From an uncultured Gemmatimonadaceae bacterium (GTDB lineage Bacteria > Gemmatimonadota > Gemmatimonadetes > Gemmatimonadales > Gemmatimonadaceae): a stretch of 64,000 bases of DNA. The stretch covers positions 928,001-992,000 of the forward strand of contig CAWHHI010000020.1 in assembly GCA_963829055.1 (NCBI GenBank), read 5' to 3'. A program made the translations under genes and the position numbers. Below, piece by piece: positions 1 through 9,899 of this stretch. Numbering within the stretch: the stretch's first letter is position 1; each line of letters opens with the position of its first letter. A model generated the notes under the pieces. It was not told the origin of the DNA. It saw only the letters and a list, made by a program, of their open reading frames with translations, and made no database searches.

Positions 1-59
1 ACGCCTAGACGCTCACAGACGTCCGTGACACGCAACGTGATCTCGAGGATCTCATCCAC
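1..59 (-). CDS. 5' end of a probable nucleotidyltransferase-like protein (runs off the window)
   Basis: GTG at 59 reads MDEILEITLRVTDVCERLGV. This resembles the N-terminus of NTase-fold proteins that follow small helical proteins like 81-341. Only 19 codons are visible. Confidence 0.4.
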   Translation of the reverse strand, partial: MDEILEITLRVTDVCERLG

Positions 60-80
60 GGCGCGTGAGGAACCGGCGCG

Positions 81-341
81 TCAGAGGCCGTGAACCGCCG
101 GATCCCAGCCGAATACATCCGTCATGAGCGTTGCATCCAACCGCAGCGCGGCCAGTCGCAGGCGCAGCTCCTCGTCGTGAAGGTGCGAGCCGTAGCGCGC
201 ACGCAGGCGAGCCGTCGCGAGCTGATCGAGGGCTCGGTTGAGCGCCACGACTCGGCCGAGCTTCTCGGCCGGGGACATGCGGCGGTATCCCTCGATGATG
301 AGCTGCTCGACTGCTGGCGCGGTATCCGATGGCGAATCCAT
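81..341 (-). CDS. Small helical hypothetical protein, possible antitoxin-like partner
   Basis: 86-aa ORF with DT.P...Q...YRRMSPAEKL pattern, directly upstream of the NTase-like start. Confidence 0.6.
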   Translation of the reverse strand: MDSPSDTAPAVEQLIIEGYRRMSPAEKLGRVVALNRALDQLATARLRARYGSHLHDEELRLRLAALRLDATLMTDVFGWDPAVHGL

Positions 342-406
342 GTGTCAAAGCTACGGCGAAGGATGCGCTGAGGTAACCCGGCCGCGTGGGTGGGCCGGAG
401 GACATC

Positions 407-1298
407 TCATCGGCGCGCCGTTCGGCCGCCTAACGACGCCAGCAGACTCGGTAACACGTCGTGGATGGTCGTGGCGCCGGCTAACGCGCGATCACCTTCC
501 GGACGCACTCGGCCCGACTCGAAGCACGCGTACAGCTCGGCCACGGTTTCAGCGAACGGCTGCGGCAGGCCCGCTTGCATGAGCGCGCCTGCCCGCGCTG
601 CTGCCGGCACGTCGACCACCTGAAGCTGTTTGCCGAGCGCGGAACCTAACGCCAACGCGAGGTCGCGGGATGAGTAGGAGGGGCCTGTGAGGTCGATGAT
701 TTCGCTAGTGGGCGGAGGCGACACCAGCAGCGAGGCCGCGACGCGACCGACATCGCGCGTCGCGATGGTCGGGAACGGCGCGTCCGCCGACGCCATGAAG
801 TTCGGGTAGATCCCCGCCGCGGTCGCCGGCCCGAGCATCGCGCCGACGTTTTCCTGAAACCAGCACGCCCGGATGATCGACAGCGTCGTGCCGGTCGTCC
901 GGAGCGCGCGCTCGAGATAGTGCAGATCCTTCGCCGGGCCGTTGCCGTCCGCGAGCGACGCCGCCACCGCGGACATGCACGACGACATGCGGCACTCGGC
1001 TCGCCCGCACCGCCGTCGCCATCGCGTCCGCCATCGCGCGCCGAGCGCCGTGAAAGTCCGCGGCGAAGGGATCTTCCGGGAGGAGCGCGAAGAATCCGTC
1101 CACTCCGTGGAGCGTGCGGGTCAGGAACTCGGCATCGTCGAGCGATCCGTACGCGGCTTCGCCCCCTCCGATGGCCCAGGCCACACCACGCTCCGCGTCC
1201 CGTGCGATCCCGGTCACGCGGTGCTGCTGCGCGAGCAGCTCGCGGGCAACGACAGACCCAACCCGTCCGGTGACACCGGCGACGACGTACGTGGCCAT
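407..1298 (-). CDS. NmrA-like atypical SDR / NAD(P)H-binding protein (frameshift near 985)
   Basis: N-terminal VVAGVTGRVGS Rossmann motif in ORF 705-1298. The C-terminal half (WFQEN, IATRDVGRVAA, LTGP) is in ORF 407-988. Confidence 0.85.
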
Positions 1299-1321
1299 AA
1301 TACCCCTCAGTATTCCTCGAC

Positions 1322-1906
1322 CTACTTGCCGCTAGGTGGCGAGCGTTCGGCGGGTGGCGTGCTACAGCGGACATCGGCCGGCGGATACGTTGACGCTATC
1401 TCGAATGGTGCGTTCTCGTCAACATCCGGCCACGGAAGCCCTCGGCCGGTCGATGCGATCGCCGTGAGCATGCGGCCGTGGCGTCCCAGCGCCTCGTCGG
1501 CGAGCGCGACCAGCTTCTCGTTAGGCCTGACGGATGGGCTCACCTGGCGTAGTGCCACGGCAATCTCGTGCTCGCTCGCGCCGGGATTCCGCGCGCACGC
1601 CACGATGAATGCCGCGGCCGGCGAGCGCCCCATGCCCGCTCGGCAATGAATGAGGAGTGGCGCGTCCTGGCGCCAGTCGGCGGCGAAGGCGAGCAGCTCT
1701 GCCACGTGCGCGCTCGAGGGGATGACGTGACCGTCAGCAGCCGAGTGGCGATCGTGAAACCGGAGCTTGAGATGCCGCTCGGCGTAGCGAGGACCCGCGT
1801 CCGGAAAGGCGAACTCGGGATCGAGCATGCTGATGATGCGTTCAGGCTTCCGCGCCGCGACGAGCGCCGTGACCTGCGACAGCGGGCAGACGAGAATGGC
1901 CGTCAT
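1322..1906 (-). CDS. Protein tyrosine / dual-specificity phosphatase-like protein
   Basis: CX5R motif LIHCRAGMGRS plus RPNEKLV. Confidence 0.85.
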   Translation of the reverse strand: MTAILVCPLSQVTALVAARKPERIISMLDPEFAFPDAGPRYAERHLKLRFHDRHSAADGHVIPSSAHVAELLAFAADWRQDAPLLIHCRAGMGRSPAAAFIVACARNPGASEHEIAVALRQVSPSVRPNEKLVALADEALGRHGRMLTAIASTGRGLPWPDVDENAPFEIASTYPPADVRCSTPPAERSPPSGK

Positions 1907-1978
1907 CTAGAGGCGGGACAGCCGCCACCACGCGATGAGCAGCGCAATGCCGATGCCTATCACCTTCACGGTGTGCAT
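1907..1978 (-). CDS. 23-aa hydrophobic micro-ORF, possibly an internally deleted membrane protein gene
   Basis: MHTVKVIGIGIALLIAWWRLSRL*, preceded by the SD-like GAGGGAG. Its stop abuts the phosphatase ATG. Confidence 0.45.
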   Translation of the reverse strand: MHTVKVIGIGIALLIAWWRLSRL

Positions 1979-1995
1979 GTGTGTTGGCTCCCTCG

Positions 1996-2517
1996 TTAGG
2001 TGCCCGGCGGTAGCGCGCCCTGGTCGCCGCGTCCGGTCGGGGCTTCGAGTGATTCCTTCGCCTCAGCCGCCGCGAGCGCACGCTCCGCCAACGCGAGCTC
2101 GAGCTCACCGGCAAACTCGCGACCCAGTTCCAGATCCGCGCCGCGCAGTCGAAGCGCCAACTCCGCGGGGTGATCCAGGCTGAGGCCCGCCGCGCCGGCC
2201 ACTTCCTCGAACGCGCGGAGGTCTGCTGCCGTCAGCACCAGGTGCATGACCGGCGGCCAGCCCCATCGGCGCCGTACGGTCGCGCCGGCTACGGCGCTCA
2301 ACGGCACCGTTACCTCGCGCACTGGCTCCACTTCCTTGTCGGTCCGGATCTGCCAGCCGACGCGCTCGGTGGACCGCGCCACGCGCCACTGGATGTGGAG
2401 CTCGTCACCGTCCAGCCGGAGCAATCCGTGCACCGTCTCCTTCGTCGACGTGATCTCGAAACCCACCACGTCGTGCTTGCGGTGGATCACGAACGGAACG
2501 GCAGCGGAGTGCGGCAT
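1996..2517 (-). CDS. Hypothetical protein
   Basis: 173-aa ORF with normal composition, co-directional with neighbours. Confidence 0.7.
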   Translation of the reverse strand: MPHSAAVPFVIHRKHDVVGFEITSTKETVHGLLRLDGDELHIQWRVARSTERVGWQIRTDKEVEPVREVTVPLSAVAGATVRRRWGWPPVMHLVLTAADLRAFEEVAGAAGLSLDHPAELALRLRGADLELGREFAGELELALAERALAAAEAKESLEAPTGRGDQGALPPGT

Positions 2518-2638
2518 GGTGCGTTAGGCTTTCAGAAGCTACTTGCTGCGTGCTGCGTGCACGAGGCACAGTGCTGGTTGCACGCAGCTCATGTTTCGTC
2601 TTGCCGCGACGCGGTGAACGCCGAATGTAGATTCTCCT

Positions 2639-3721
2639 GTGCGACGCGGCAATCGTGATCGTGGTTCACTCTCACCTGTCCAGTCGATCGTGACCCCCGG
2701 CATACCCAATCGACGAGGCGCGCTCACGACGCTTCTCGCGACTGTCCTTGCGACGATCGCGTGCGCCGGGAATGCCTCACCGCCGACCGGTAGCAACCCG
2801 CCCGGCGGCACGGGATCGACCATTCCGCCTGGCCCGTACGTCGTGGGGAAGTCGTACACTGGACGCAACGGCTACATCGAGTACATCGCGGGCAACGCGC
2901 CGCTCATCTACACGGCGCCACACGGCGGCGATCTACTGCCGGCCGAGATTCCCGATCGTACTGCGGCACGATGCGGTGGTTCGGCGACGACGTCCACCGA
3001 TCTCAATACCGAGGACCTCGTGCGCGCCATGCAGCAGCGCCATTTCGCGCGTTATGGTACGTACCCGCACATCATCATCAACCACCTCGCGCGGCGGAAG
3101 CTCGACGCGAATCGCCTCGAGCCGGAAGCCGCGTGCGGCAACGCCGCGGCGGCAATCGCGCTCGTCGAGTGGCACGCGTTCATCGACAGCGCGAAGGCGG
3201 CGGTCCTGCGTACGAGCCCGCGTGGCTGGTACATGGACATGCACGGCCACGGCCACGCGAAGCAGCGTCTCGAGCTCGGCTACCTGCTCACGAGTGGTCA
3301 GCTCGGGCTCTCCGATGCAGCGCTCGATGGCAATCGTGCGTTCCAGGATACCGCGAGCATGCGCACGGTGTCCGAAGCGTCGCCGCTCACGTTCTCCGCC
3401 CTGCTGCGCGGCGCGACGAGTCTCGGCGCCCTGTACGCCGCGAACGGATTCCCAGCGGTGCCGAGTGCGTCGGACCCGAGCCCGGGGGCCGACGATTACT
3501 TGAGCGGTGGGGACGACACGCGCCGCCACGCCTGCGGCGCGGAGGCGAACACGTTAGGCGGCGTGACCAACGGAATGATCTGCGGCGTGCAGATCGAGGC
3601 GAACTTGACCGGCGTGCGTGACACACAGGCGAACCGTGACCGCTTCGGCGACGCTACGGCCGCGGTGCTTGGACAGTACCTGTCGATGCACTGGGGAATG
3701 AGCTTCGGACCAACACGCTAG
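2639..3721 (+). CDS. Lipoprotein, N-formylglutamate amidohydrolase-like Zn hydrolase (start uncertain)
   Basis: Lipobox-like LATIAC, plus TAPHGG, RRKLDANR and DMHGHGH motifs. Confidence 0.7.
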   Translation: MRRGNRDRGSLSPVQSIVTPGIPNRRGALTTLLATVLATIACAGNASPPTGSNPPGGTGSTIPPGPYVVGKSYTGRNGYIEYIAGNAPLIYTAPHGGDLLPAEIPDRTAARCGGSATTSTDLNTEDLVRAMQQRHFARYGTYPHIIINHLARRKLDANRLEPEAACGNAAAAIALVEWHAFIDSAKAAVLRTSPRGWYMDMHGHGHAKQRLELGYLLTSGQLGLSDAALDGNRAFQDTASMRTVSEASPLTFSALLRGATSLGALYAANGFPAVPSASDPSPGADDYLSGGDDTRRHACGAEANTLGGVTNGMICGVQIEANLTGVRDTQANRDRFGDATAAVLGQYLSMHWGMSFGPTR

Positions 3722-3898
3722 CGTTGTCATTCCGAGCGGAAGTCGTCATTCCGAGCGGAGCGCGAGCGCGGAGTCGAGGAATCGTGCGATTCCCGGTAGA
3801 GGGCCCTCTACCGGGACGAGTCTCGATTCCTCGACTGCGGCCGTCGGCCTTCGCTCGCGAGCTGACAGCCGAGCTGGCGCTCGCTCGGAATGACAACG
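3722..3898. repeat. REP-like palindromic element, copy 1
   Basis: Termini TGTCATTCCGAGCG...CGCTCGGAATGACA, inner arms GTCGAGGAATC/GATTCCTCGAC, central palindrome CCCGGTAGAGGGCCCTCTACCGGG. Lies between convergent genes; second copy at 59610. Confidence 0.85.
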
Positions 3899-4705
3899 TC
3901 AGCGCGGCTTCTCCGCGAGGTATGCATAACGCGACAGCCGGTGCTCGACGGACAGCGTGTGCACGCACAGCAGAAAGCGCTGGAGCCCATCGAAGTTTGA
4001 TTCGCCTTCTCTCGCCACGAGTGCGTCCCGCTGCCGCGCGCGCGCGTCGTGCCATCGACGCGCGACGTCCGCGGCGTTCTGCGTGACGTCCTCGACGCTC
4101 AGCACCGCGAAGCCCGCCGCCGCGAGCAGCCGCTCATTCTCGCCCGGAGGCACGAAGAGGTAGTACCCGATGGAACTGCGCGTCGCGATCTCCTCGTGCG
4201 ACACCGTCCCCGTGATGACCATCGCGTCCGTGAACAGCACGCGCCCGCCCGGTCGCAGCACGCGAAACCAGTCGCGCAGCACCGTCGCCCGATCGCGGAT
4301 GTGGCACATGGCGTCATTCGACACTACCGCGTCGAACCGACCATCCGCGAACGGCAGCGGTTGACTCGCATCCACGGCCTGAAACTCCACACGATCAGCG
4401 ACGCCGCGCGCCTCGGCCAGCGCCGTCGCGTTGCGCACCCCGTGCGCGTTGAGGTCCACACCCGTTAGGCGGCAGCCGCGCGCGAGCGCGAGGTACACGG
4501 CGGGCCCGCCGGATCCGCTCCCGACCTCGAGCACGTCGGAGCTCGCGTCGATCGCGAGCTGGTCCGCGAACCGGAGCCACTCGGACGCCGTGAGCCAGCT
4601 ACTCTGGCCCATGTCCTCCCCGTACGTCTCGTGGCGCACGGTCGCCTCGGCGACGCTCGCGAAGTCGCCGTAGACGTGATCGTAGAGACGAACCTCACTG
4701 CTCAT
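3899..4705 (-). CDS. Class I SAM-dependent methyltransferase
   Basis: VLEVGSGSGG motif I, LPFADGRFDAV, RVLRPGGR. Confidence 0.9.
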   Translation of the reverse strand: MSSEVRLYDHVYGDFASVAEATVRHETYGEDMGQSSWLTASEWLRFADQLAIDASSDVLEVGSGSGGPAVYLALARGCRLTGVDLNAHGVRNATALAEARGVADRVEFQAVDASQPLPFADGRFDAVVSNDAMCHIRDRATVLRDWFRVLRPGGRVLFTDAMVITGTVSHEEIATRSSIGYYLFVPPGENERLLAAAGFAVLSVEDVTQNAADVARRWHDARARQRDALVAREGESNFDGLQRFLLCVHTLSVEHRLSRYAYLAEKPR

Positions 4706-4777
4706 GTTGTCTCCCGTCTGGTGGTGTGTGCTTGCTGCCTGTTCCTTGCACGTCGCATGGTGGCTGCAGCAGACCGC

Positions 4778-5182
4778 TCAGCCAGGCGTGAACGTGTAGC
4801 ACCACGCTTCCCCTTCGAGCACCGTCTCTCCCGTCTGCCGCGTGACGACGATCCGAAGTTGAGTGACCGGCTTCGTGGCGTGAACGCTGACGACTTCCGC
4901 CTCCGCCGTGATCGTGTCGTCGATGTACACGGGCGCCGTGAACTTCCACTGCTGGCTCAGGAACACCGAGCCCGGACCGGGCAGGTCCATCGCCACGAGT
5001 GCGTGCAACAGCCCAGTCGTTAGGCCTCCCTGCACCACGAGCGCGCCGAAGCGCGTGCGTGCCGCGAAGTCGGCGTCGAAGTGCAGCGGGTTGTAGTCGC
5101 CGGTGAGCGCGGCGAACGTCGCGACGTGGTGCGCCGTGAGCGTCAACGACCGGCGCGCGGTCTGGCCAACCTGAATCGCCAT
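4778..5182 (-). CDS. MaoC family dehydratase
   Basis: FAALTGDYNPLH and LPGPGSVFLSQQWKFTAPV hotdog-fold motifs. Confidence 0.9.
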   Translation of the reverse strand: MAIQVGQTARRSLTLTAHHVATFAALTGDYNPLHFDADFAARTRFGALVVQGGLTTGLLHALVAMDLPGPGSVFLSQQWKFTAPVYIDDTITAEAEVVSVHATKPVTQLRIVVTRQTGETVLEGEAWCYTFTPG

Positions 5183-5335
5183 GTCTTTCTGGAGCTATGG
5201 TAACGGCCTCGGGCCTCGGACCCATTGCCGAGTTGCAACATCGCGGCCGGCATCTGTCGTGTAGAGTGACCCTGAGCGCCTCGAGCGGAGAATGCGACAT
5301 CGGTCAGCCTCGTGGCTAGGATCTTATAAAGATCG

Positions 5336-5572
5336 GCTGAACGGCGCGAAATCCCGAACGGCGCCAAATCCCGAAGAGCGCGAAATCCCGAAGAGCGCCA
5401 GATGCCGAAGAGCGCGGAATCCCAGACGGCGCCCAACGGCGGTGCCGTTCCGCTCTTTGTCGCCGTTCGGGATTTCGCGCTGTCTGGCATTTCGCGCGTT
5501 CGGGATTTCGCGCCGTCTGGGATTTGGCGCCGTTCGGCATTCCGCGCCGTTCGGCCCCTGCGCCGTTTCAGC
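5336..5572. repeat. Palindromic array of 17-bp tandem units, copy 1
   Basis: Five direct units of ~AACGGCGCGAAATCCCG, a centre containing CGGCGGTGCCGTTCCGCTCTTTGTCGC, then 5-6 inverted units. Confidence 0.9.
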
Positions 5573-5696
5573 AGTTCGCCGTTTGCTCGACGCGCGTCTC
5601 GTCCGGACGTACTTTGTGTCCACGCCACGACCTTCCAGCAAGTCGAGCACGACCTGACATGAACACCCGCCTCGAAGCAGCGCGCAGGCCATAGCG

Positions 5697-8600
5697 ATGA
5701 ACGCGCGGGCGCTCTGTGCAGGAGCCTTGGCTCTGGTCGGCGCAGCCGCCGCTCCGCTACACGCGCAGGAACGCGTCGCGTTCAGACACCTGACGATCGC
5801 CGACGGACTCTCGCAGAACGCCGTCTCGGCCATCGTGCAGGACCGGCGCGGCTTCATGTGGTTCGGCACGAAGGACGGACTCAATCGCTACGACGGCTAC
5901 CAGTTCGTCGTCTTTCGCCACGACCCGTTCGATTCGACGTCGATCTCCGACAGCGAGATCACGACGCTGTTCGAGGACAGCCGCGGGCGCCTCTGGGTCG
6001 GCACGCGCGGCGGCGGCGTGAACCGGTTCGATCGCGCTCACGAGCGGTTCGACACGGGTGGCGGCGGGTCCGGCGCGTGACATCACGGCGATCGCCGAAG
6101 ACTCGAGCGGCGGCATCTGGGTCGGGTCGGCCGGCGAAGGGCTGTTCCGCCTAACGATCAACGCGCAACGGGCGAGGTCACCGTCGATCGATTCGTGCAT
6201 TCGCCGGCGGACGCCGTCGAGCCTCGGCGATGATCGCGTACGCGCGGTGCTGGTCGACCGCCGCGGCGTGCTGTGGGTCGGCACCGAGGCCGGTCTCGAC
6301 CGGCGTGAGCCGCGAGCAGCGCGGGATGTGGCGTTCACGCACTTCACGGTGCGATCGAACGCGCCACTCGCCCTCATCGACACGGCCGTCACGTGCGCTG
6401 CTACGAGGATTCGTCGCGGCCGGCTGTGGATCGGATCGGTGCCGGGCCTGAGCGCGTTCGACTCCGACAGAACGACGCATTCGCCACTACTACCACAGAT
6501 ACCGGACGTACCGGTACGGCTGGGGCATACGCCATCAGCCTCGCCGAGGATCGATCGGGCAGCTCTGGGTGTCGACCGCGCTCCGAGCTGATGCGTCTCG
6601 ATCCGTCGACCGGCGCGTTCACGTATTTCCGCCACGACCCGCTGAATCCCGAGAGCATCAACAGCGATCTGCCGACGCGGGTGTATCGCGATCGCTCCGA
6701 ATGTGATCTGGGTCGGCACGAACGGGTACGGCATCAACATCGTACGATCCGAAGGCGAATCGCTTCCAGACCTTCCGGCGTCCCGAGAACTGGACGTCTC
6801 GGCTGTCGGGGTTCAGCGTGTACACGCTGTTCGAGGATCGCTCGGAGACGCTCTGGATCGACGCCGGCCTGCTCTATCGGTGGAATCGCGCGACCGGCGA
6901 GCTCCGGAGCTTCGAGACCAGCTCGAACCGACCTAACGATTTCGGCAACACTGGCGTGTGGTCGATCGTCGAAGATCCACCCGGCTTTCTGTGGGCCGCG
7001 CACGTACCGCGGGCTCTATCACTACGAGATCGCGACCGGCCGGTCCCGCCAGTACCGATACGACCCGGCCGACTCCGCGGGCCTCCCCGAACAGGTGGTC
7101 GTACGACGTCCTTCGCGACCGCGACGGCGTGATCTGGGCAGTGACGGAGAATTTTCTCGTTAGGCTCGCCGACGCCGAGCGAGGCCGCTTCCAGCGCTTG
7201 CCGCTACAAGGAGCGACCGACAGCGCGGCAATGGATCTTCCCGTCCACGATCCAGGACTCGACCGGCGCGCTCTGGCTCGGGTCGGATCAGGGGCTCGCG
7301 CGGTTCGATCCGAAGACGGGGACGTTCCGGCACTATCCGCCACGATCCGCGCGTACCCGGCGAGCCTGAGTCACGACGCGATCCGCTGCGATTCTGCCCG
7401 ATCCGCGCGAGCCGAACCGCTTCCTGTGGGTCGGCACCGCCGGCGGCGGACTCAATCGACTCGACATCGACTCGGGCACCTTCGTGCACTTCACCGAGCG
7501 CGACGGCCTGCCTAACGATGTCGTGTACGCGGTCCTCGCCGATTCGAGCGGCCGGCTGTGGCTGAGCACGAACAAGGGATTGTCGCGGTTCGACCCGGCG
7601 ACGCAGGCAATTCCGGAACTACGACGCCAACGACGGACTCCAGAGCAACGAGTTCAACTCCGGCGCCGCGTTCAGGAGCCGGAGCGGTGAGATGTTCTTC
7701 GGCGGGCATCTATGGCTTCAACTACTTCCGGCCGGAGGCCATCCGTGACAACCCGAACGTCCCTGCGGTGGCGATCACCGGATTCCGTCGCGGAAATCGC
7801 TACGAGACCGTCCGCGACAGCGGGACCGTGCTGCGCACGCACGATCTCGGAGGCGGACACGCTGCGCCTCTCGTATCGCGACGCCGTGCTCACGTTCGAG
7901 TTCGCCGCGCTCGAGTACTCGGCCCCGGCCAAGAATCGTTACGCGTACCGGATGGTCGGCTTCAACGACGACTGGTTCGAGTCGGGCTCGGTGCGCGCGG
8001 CGACCTACACGAACCTGCCGCCGGGCCGACTACACGTTCCAGGTGCGGGCGAGCAACAACGACGGCGTGTGGAACGAGCAGGGTGCATCGCTCGCGATCC
8101 TGCATCGTGCCGCCGTGGTGGCGAACGTGGTGGGCGTACGCGCTCTACGGCGCGCTCGTGCTCGCGGCGCTGTACGGCGCGAGGCGCTACGAGATGAACC
8201 GGCTGCGTCTCGAGAACCGGCTCGAGATCGAGCAGCGTCGAAGGCGAGCAGCTGCGGGAGCTCGACCGCGCCCGCAGCCGCCTGTTCGCGAACGTGAGCC
8301 ACGAGTTCCGAACGCCGCTGACGCTGACGATGGGACCTCTCGACGATCTCCGCGCCGGGCTCCATGGACCGCTGTCGCCGGCGGCCGCCGAGCAGGTCGA
8401 TCTCGCGCGACGAAATGCCGGACGCGTGCTCGACCTCATCAACGAGATCCTCGAGCTGGCGCGCGCCGAGTCGGGACGAGAGACGGTCCACGCCAGGCGG
8501 GTCGACCTCGGGGCGTTCGTCGGCAGCGTCGCTCGCACGTTCGTGCCGCTGGCGGAGCGAAAGGCCATCGCCTACGACATCCAGGGTCCGGCCGGGGACA

Positions 8601-9893
8601 GCTCATCGTCTACGCGGACCCGGACCATCTCGACCGCGCGCTCTCGAACCTGCTCTCGAACGCCTTCAAGTTCACGCCCGACGGTGGCGCCGTCCGCGTG
8701 ACCGTCAGCGGCGACGAGATCTCGGCGCGCATCACGGTTCGCGACAGCGGCCCCGGAATCCCGGCGGCCGATCTCGATCTCATCTTCGATCGGTTCCACC
8801 GCGCGCGGACCGCCGGCACGCAGCCGGGAACGGGGATCGGGCTCGCGCTCGCGAAGGAGCTGATCGCGCTGCACGGCGGCTCCATCACCGTCGACAGCGA
8901 GGAGGGCTTCGGGAGCACGTTCACGGTCACGCTCCGAAAGGGACGCGCGCATCTCGCGCCCGAGCAGGTCGTCGACGACGGGATCGTCGTCGCGTCGGCC
9001 TCACCGCGCCGCTGGTCCACCGCCGGAGTTCCTGGCTCCGGCGTCTCCCATGCGAGACGTGCCTAACGTCGAGCGCCGGCCCGGAGGCGTCGACCGAGGA
9101 CGTCACGACCGTGCTCGTGGTCGACGACAACGCCGAGGTGCGCGCGTACGTGAGGCAGCATCTCGGCGCCGCGCTACCGGGTGCTCGAGGCGGTGAACGG
9201 ACGAACAGGGGCTCGCGATGGCGCGCCGCCCCCTGCCCGACCTCGTGCTCTCCGACGTCATGATGCCGGTGATGGACGGGTTCGCGCTCTGTCGCGCGCT
9301 CAAGTCGGATCCGGAGACGGACTTTCTGCCCGTCATCCTGCTGACGGCACGAGCCGAGGCAGAGGACAAGTTCACCGGGCTCGACGGAGCAGGCCGATGA
9401 CTACCTGACGAAGCCGTTCGACGTGCGCGAGCTGCTGGCGCGGATCGCGAACATCATCGCGATGCGCCGACGGCTCCGGGAACGGTTCGCGGGCGCGCCC
9501 CTAACGATTCATCCCGCACCGCGTGGACGTCGCGCCGGCGGACCGGAAGTTCGTCGACCAGGTTCGCGCGGCCATTGAGACGCACCTCGGCGACGAGGAA
9601 TTCACCGTCGAGCGCCTCGCCGGCGAGGTCGCGCAGAGCCGCGGCAACCTTCACCGCAGGCTGCGCGAGCTGATTGGGGAGAGCCCGTCGGATCTGATCC
9701 GGCGCATGCGGCTGGAGCGGGCGGCCGAGTTGCTGGAGGCCGGCGCCGGCATCGTGTCGCGGAGGTCGCGTACGCGGTCGGGTTCAAGAGCGTCGCGCAT
9801 TTCTCGAACGCCTTCCACGAGCTGCACGGGGTTCGCCCGTCGGCGTGGCGCGATCGGGCGTTTGCAAACGAGGCCGTGCGAAGGAGGCCGTAG
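5697..9893 (+). CDS. Hybrid two-component sensor/regulator (propeller, Y_Y_Y, HisKA, HATPase, REC, AraC HTH); many frameshifts
   Basis: Spread over several frames: [106 protein letters not shown] at 9891-9893. Confidence 0.85.
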
Positions 9894-9899
9894 ATGGAG

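Noticed and set aside
5320..5334. GATCTT-ATA-AAGATC palindrome beside array copy 1
   Set aside because: Not present beside copies 2 or 3, so it is not part of the element and has no other support.
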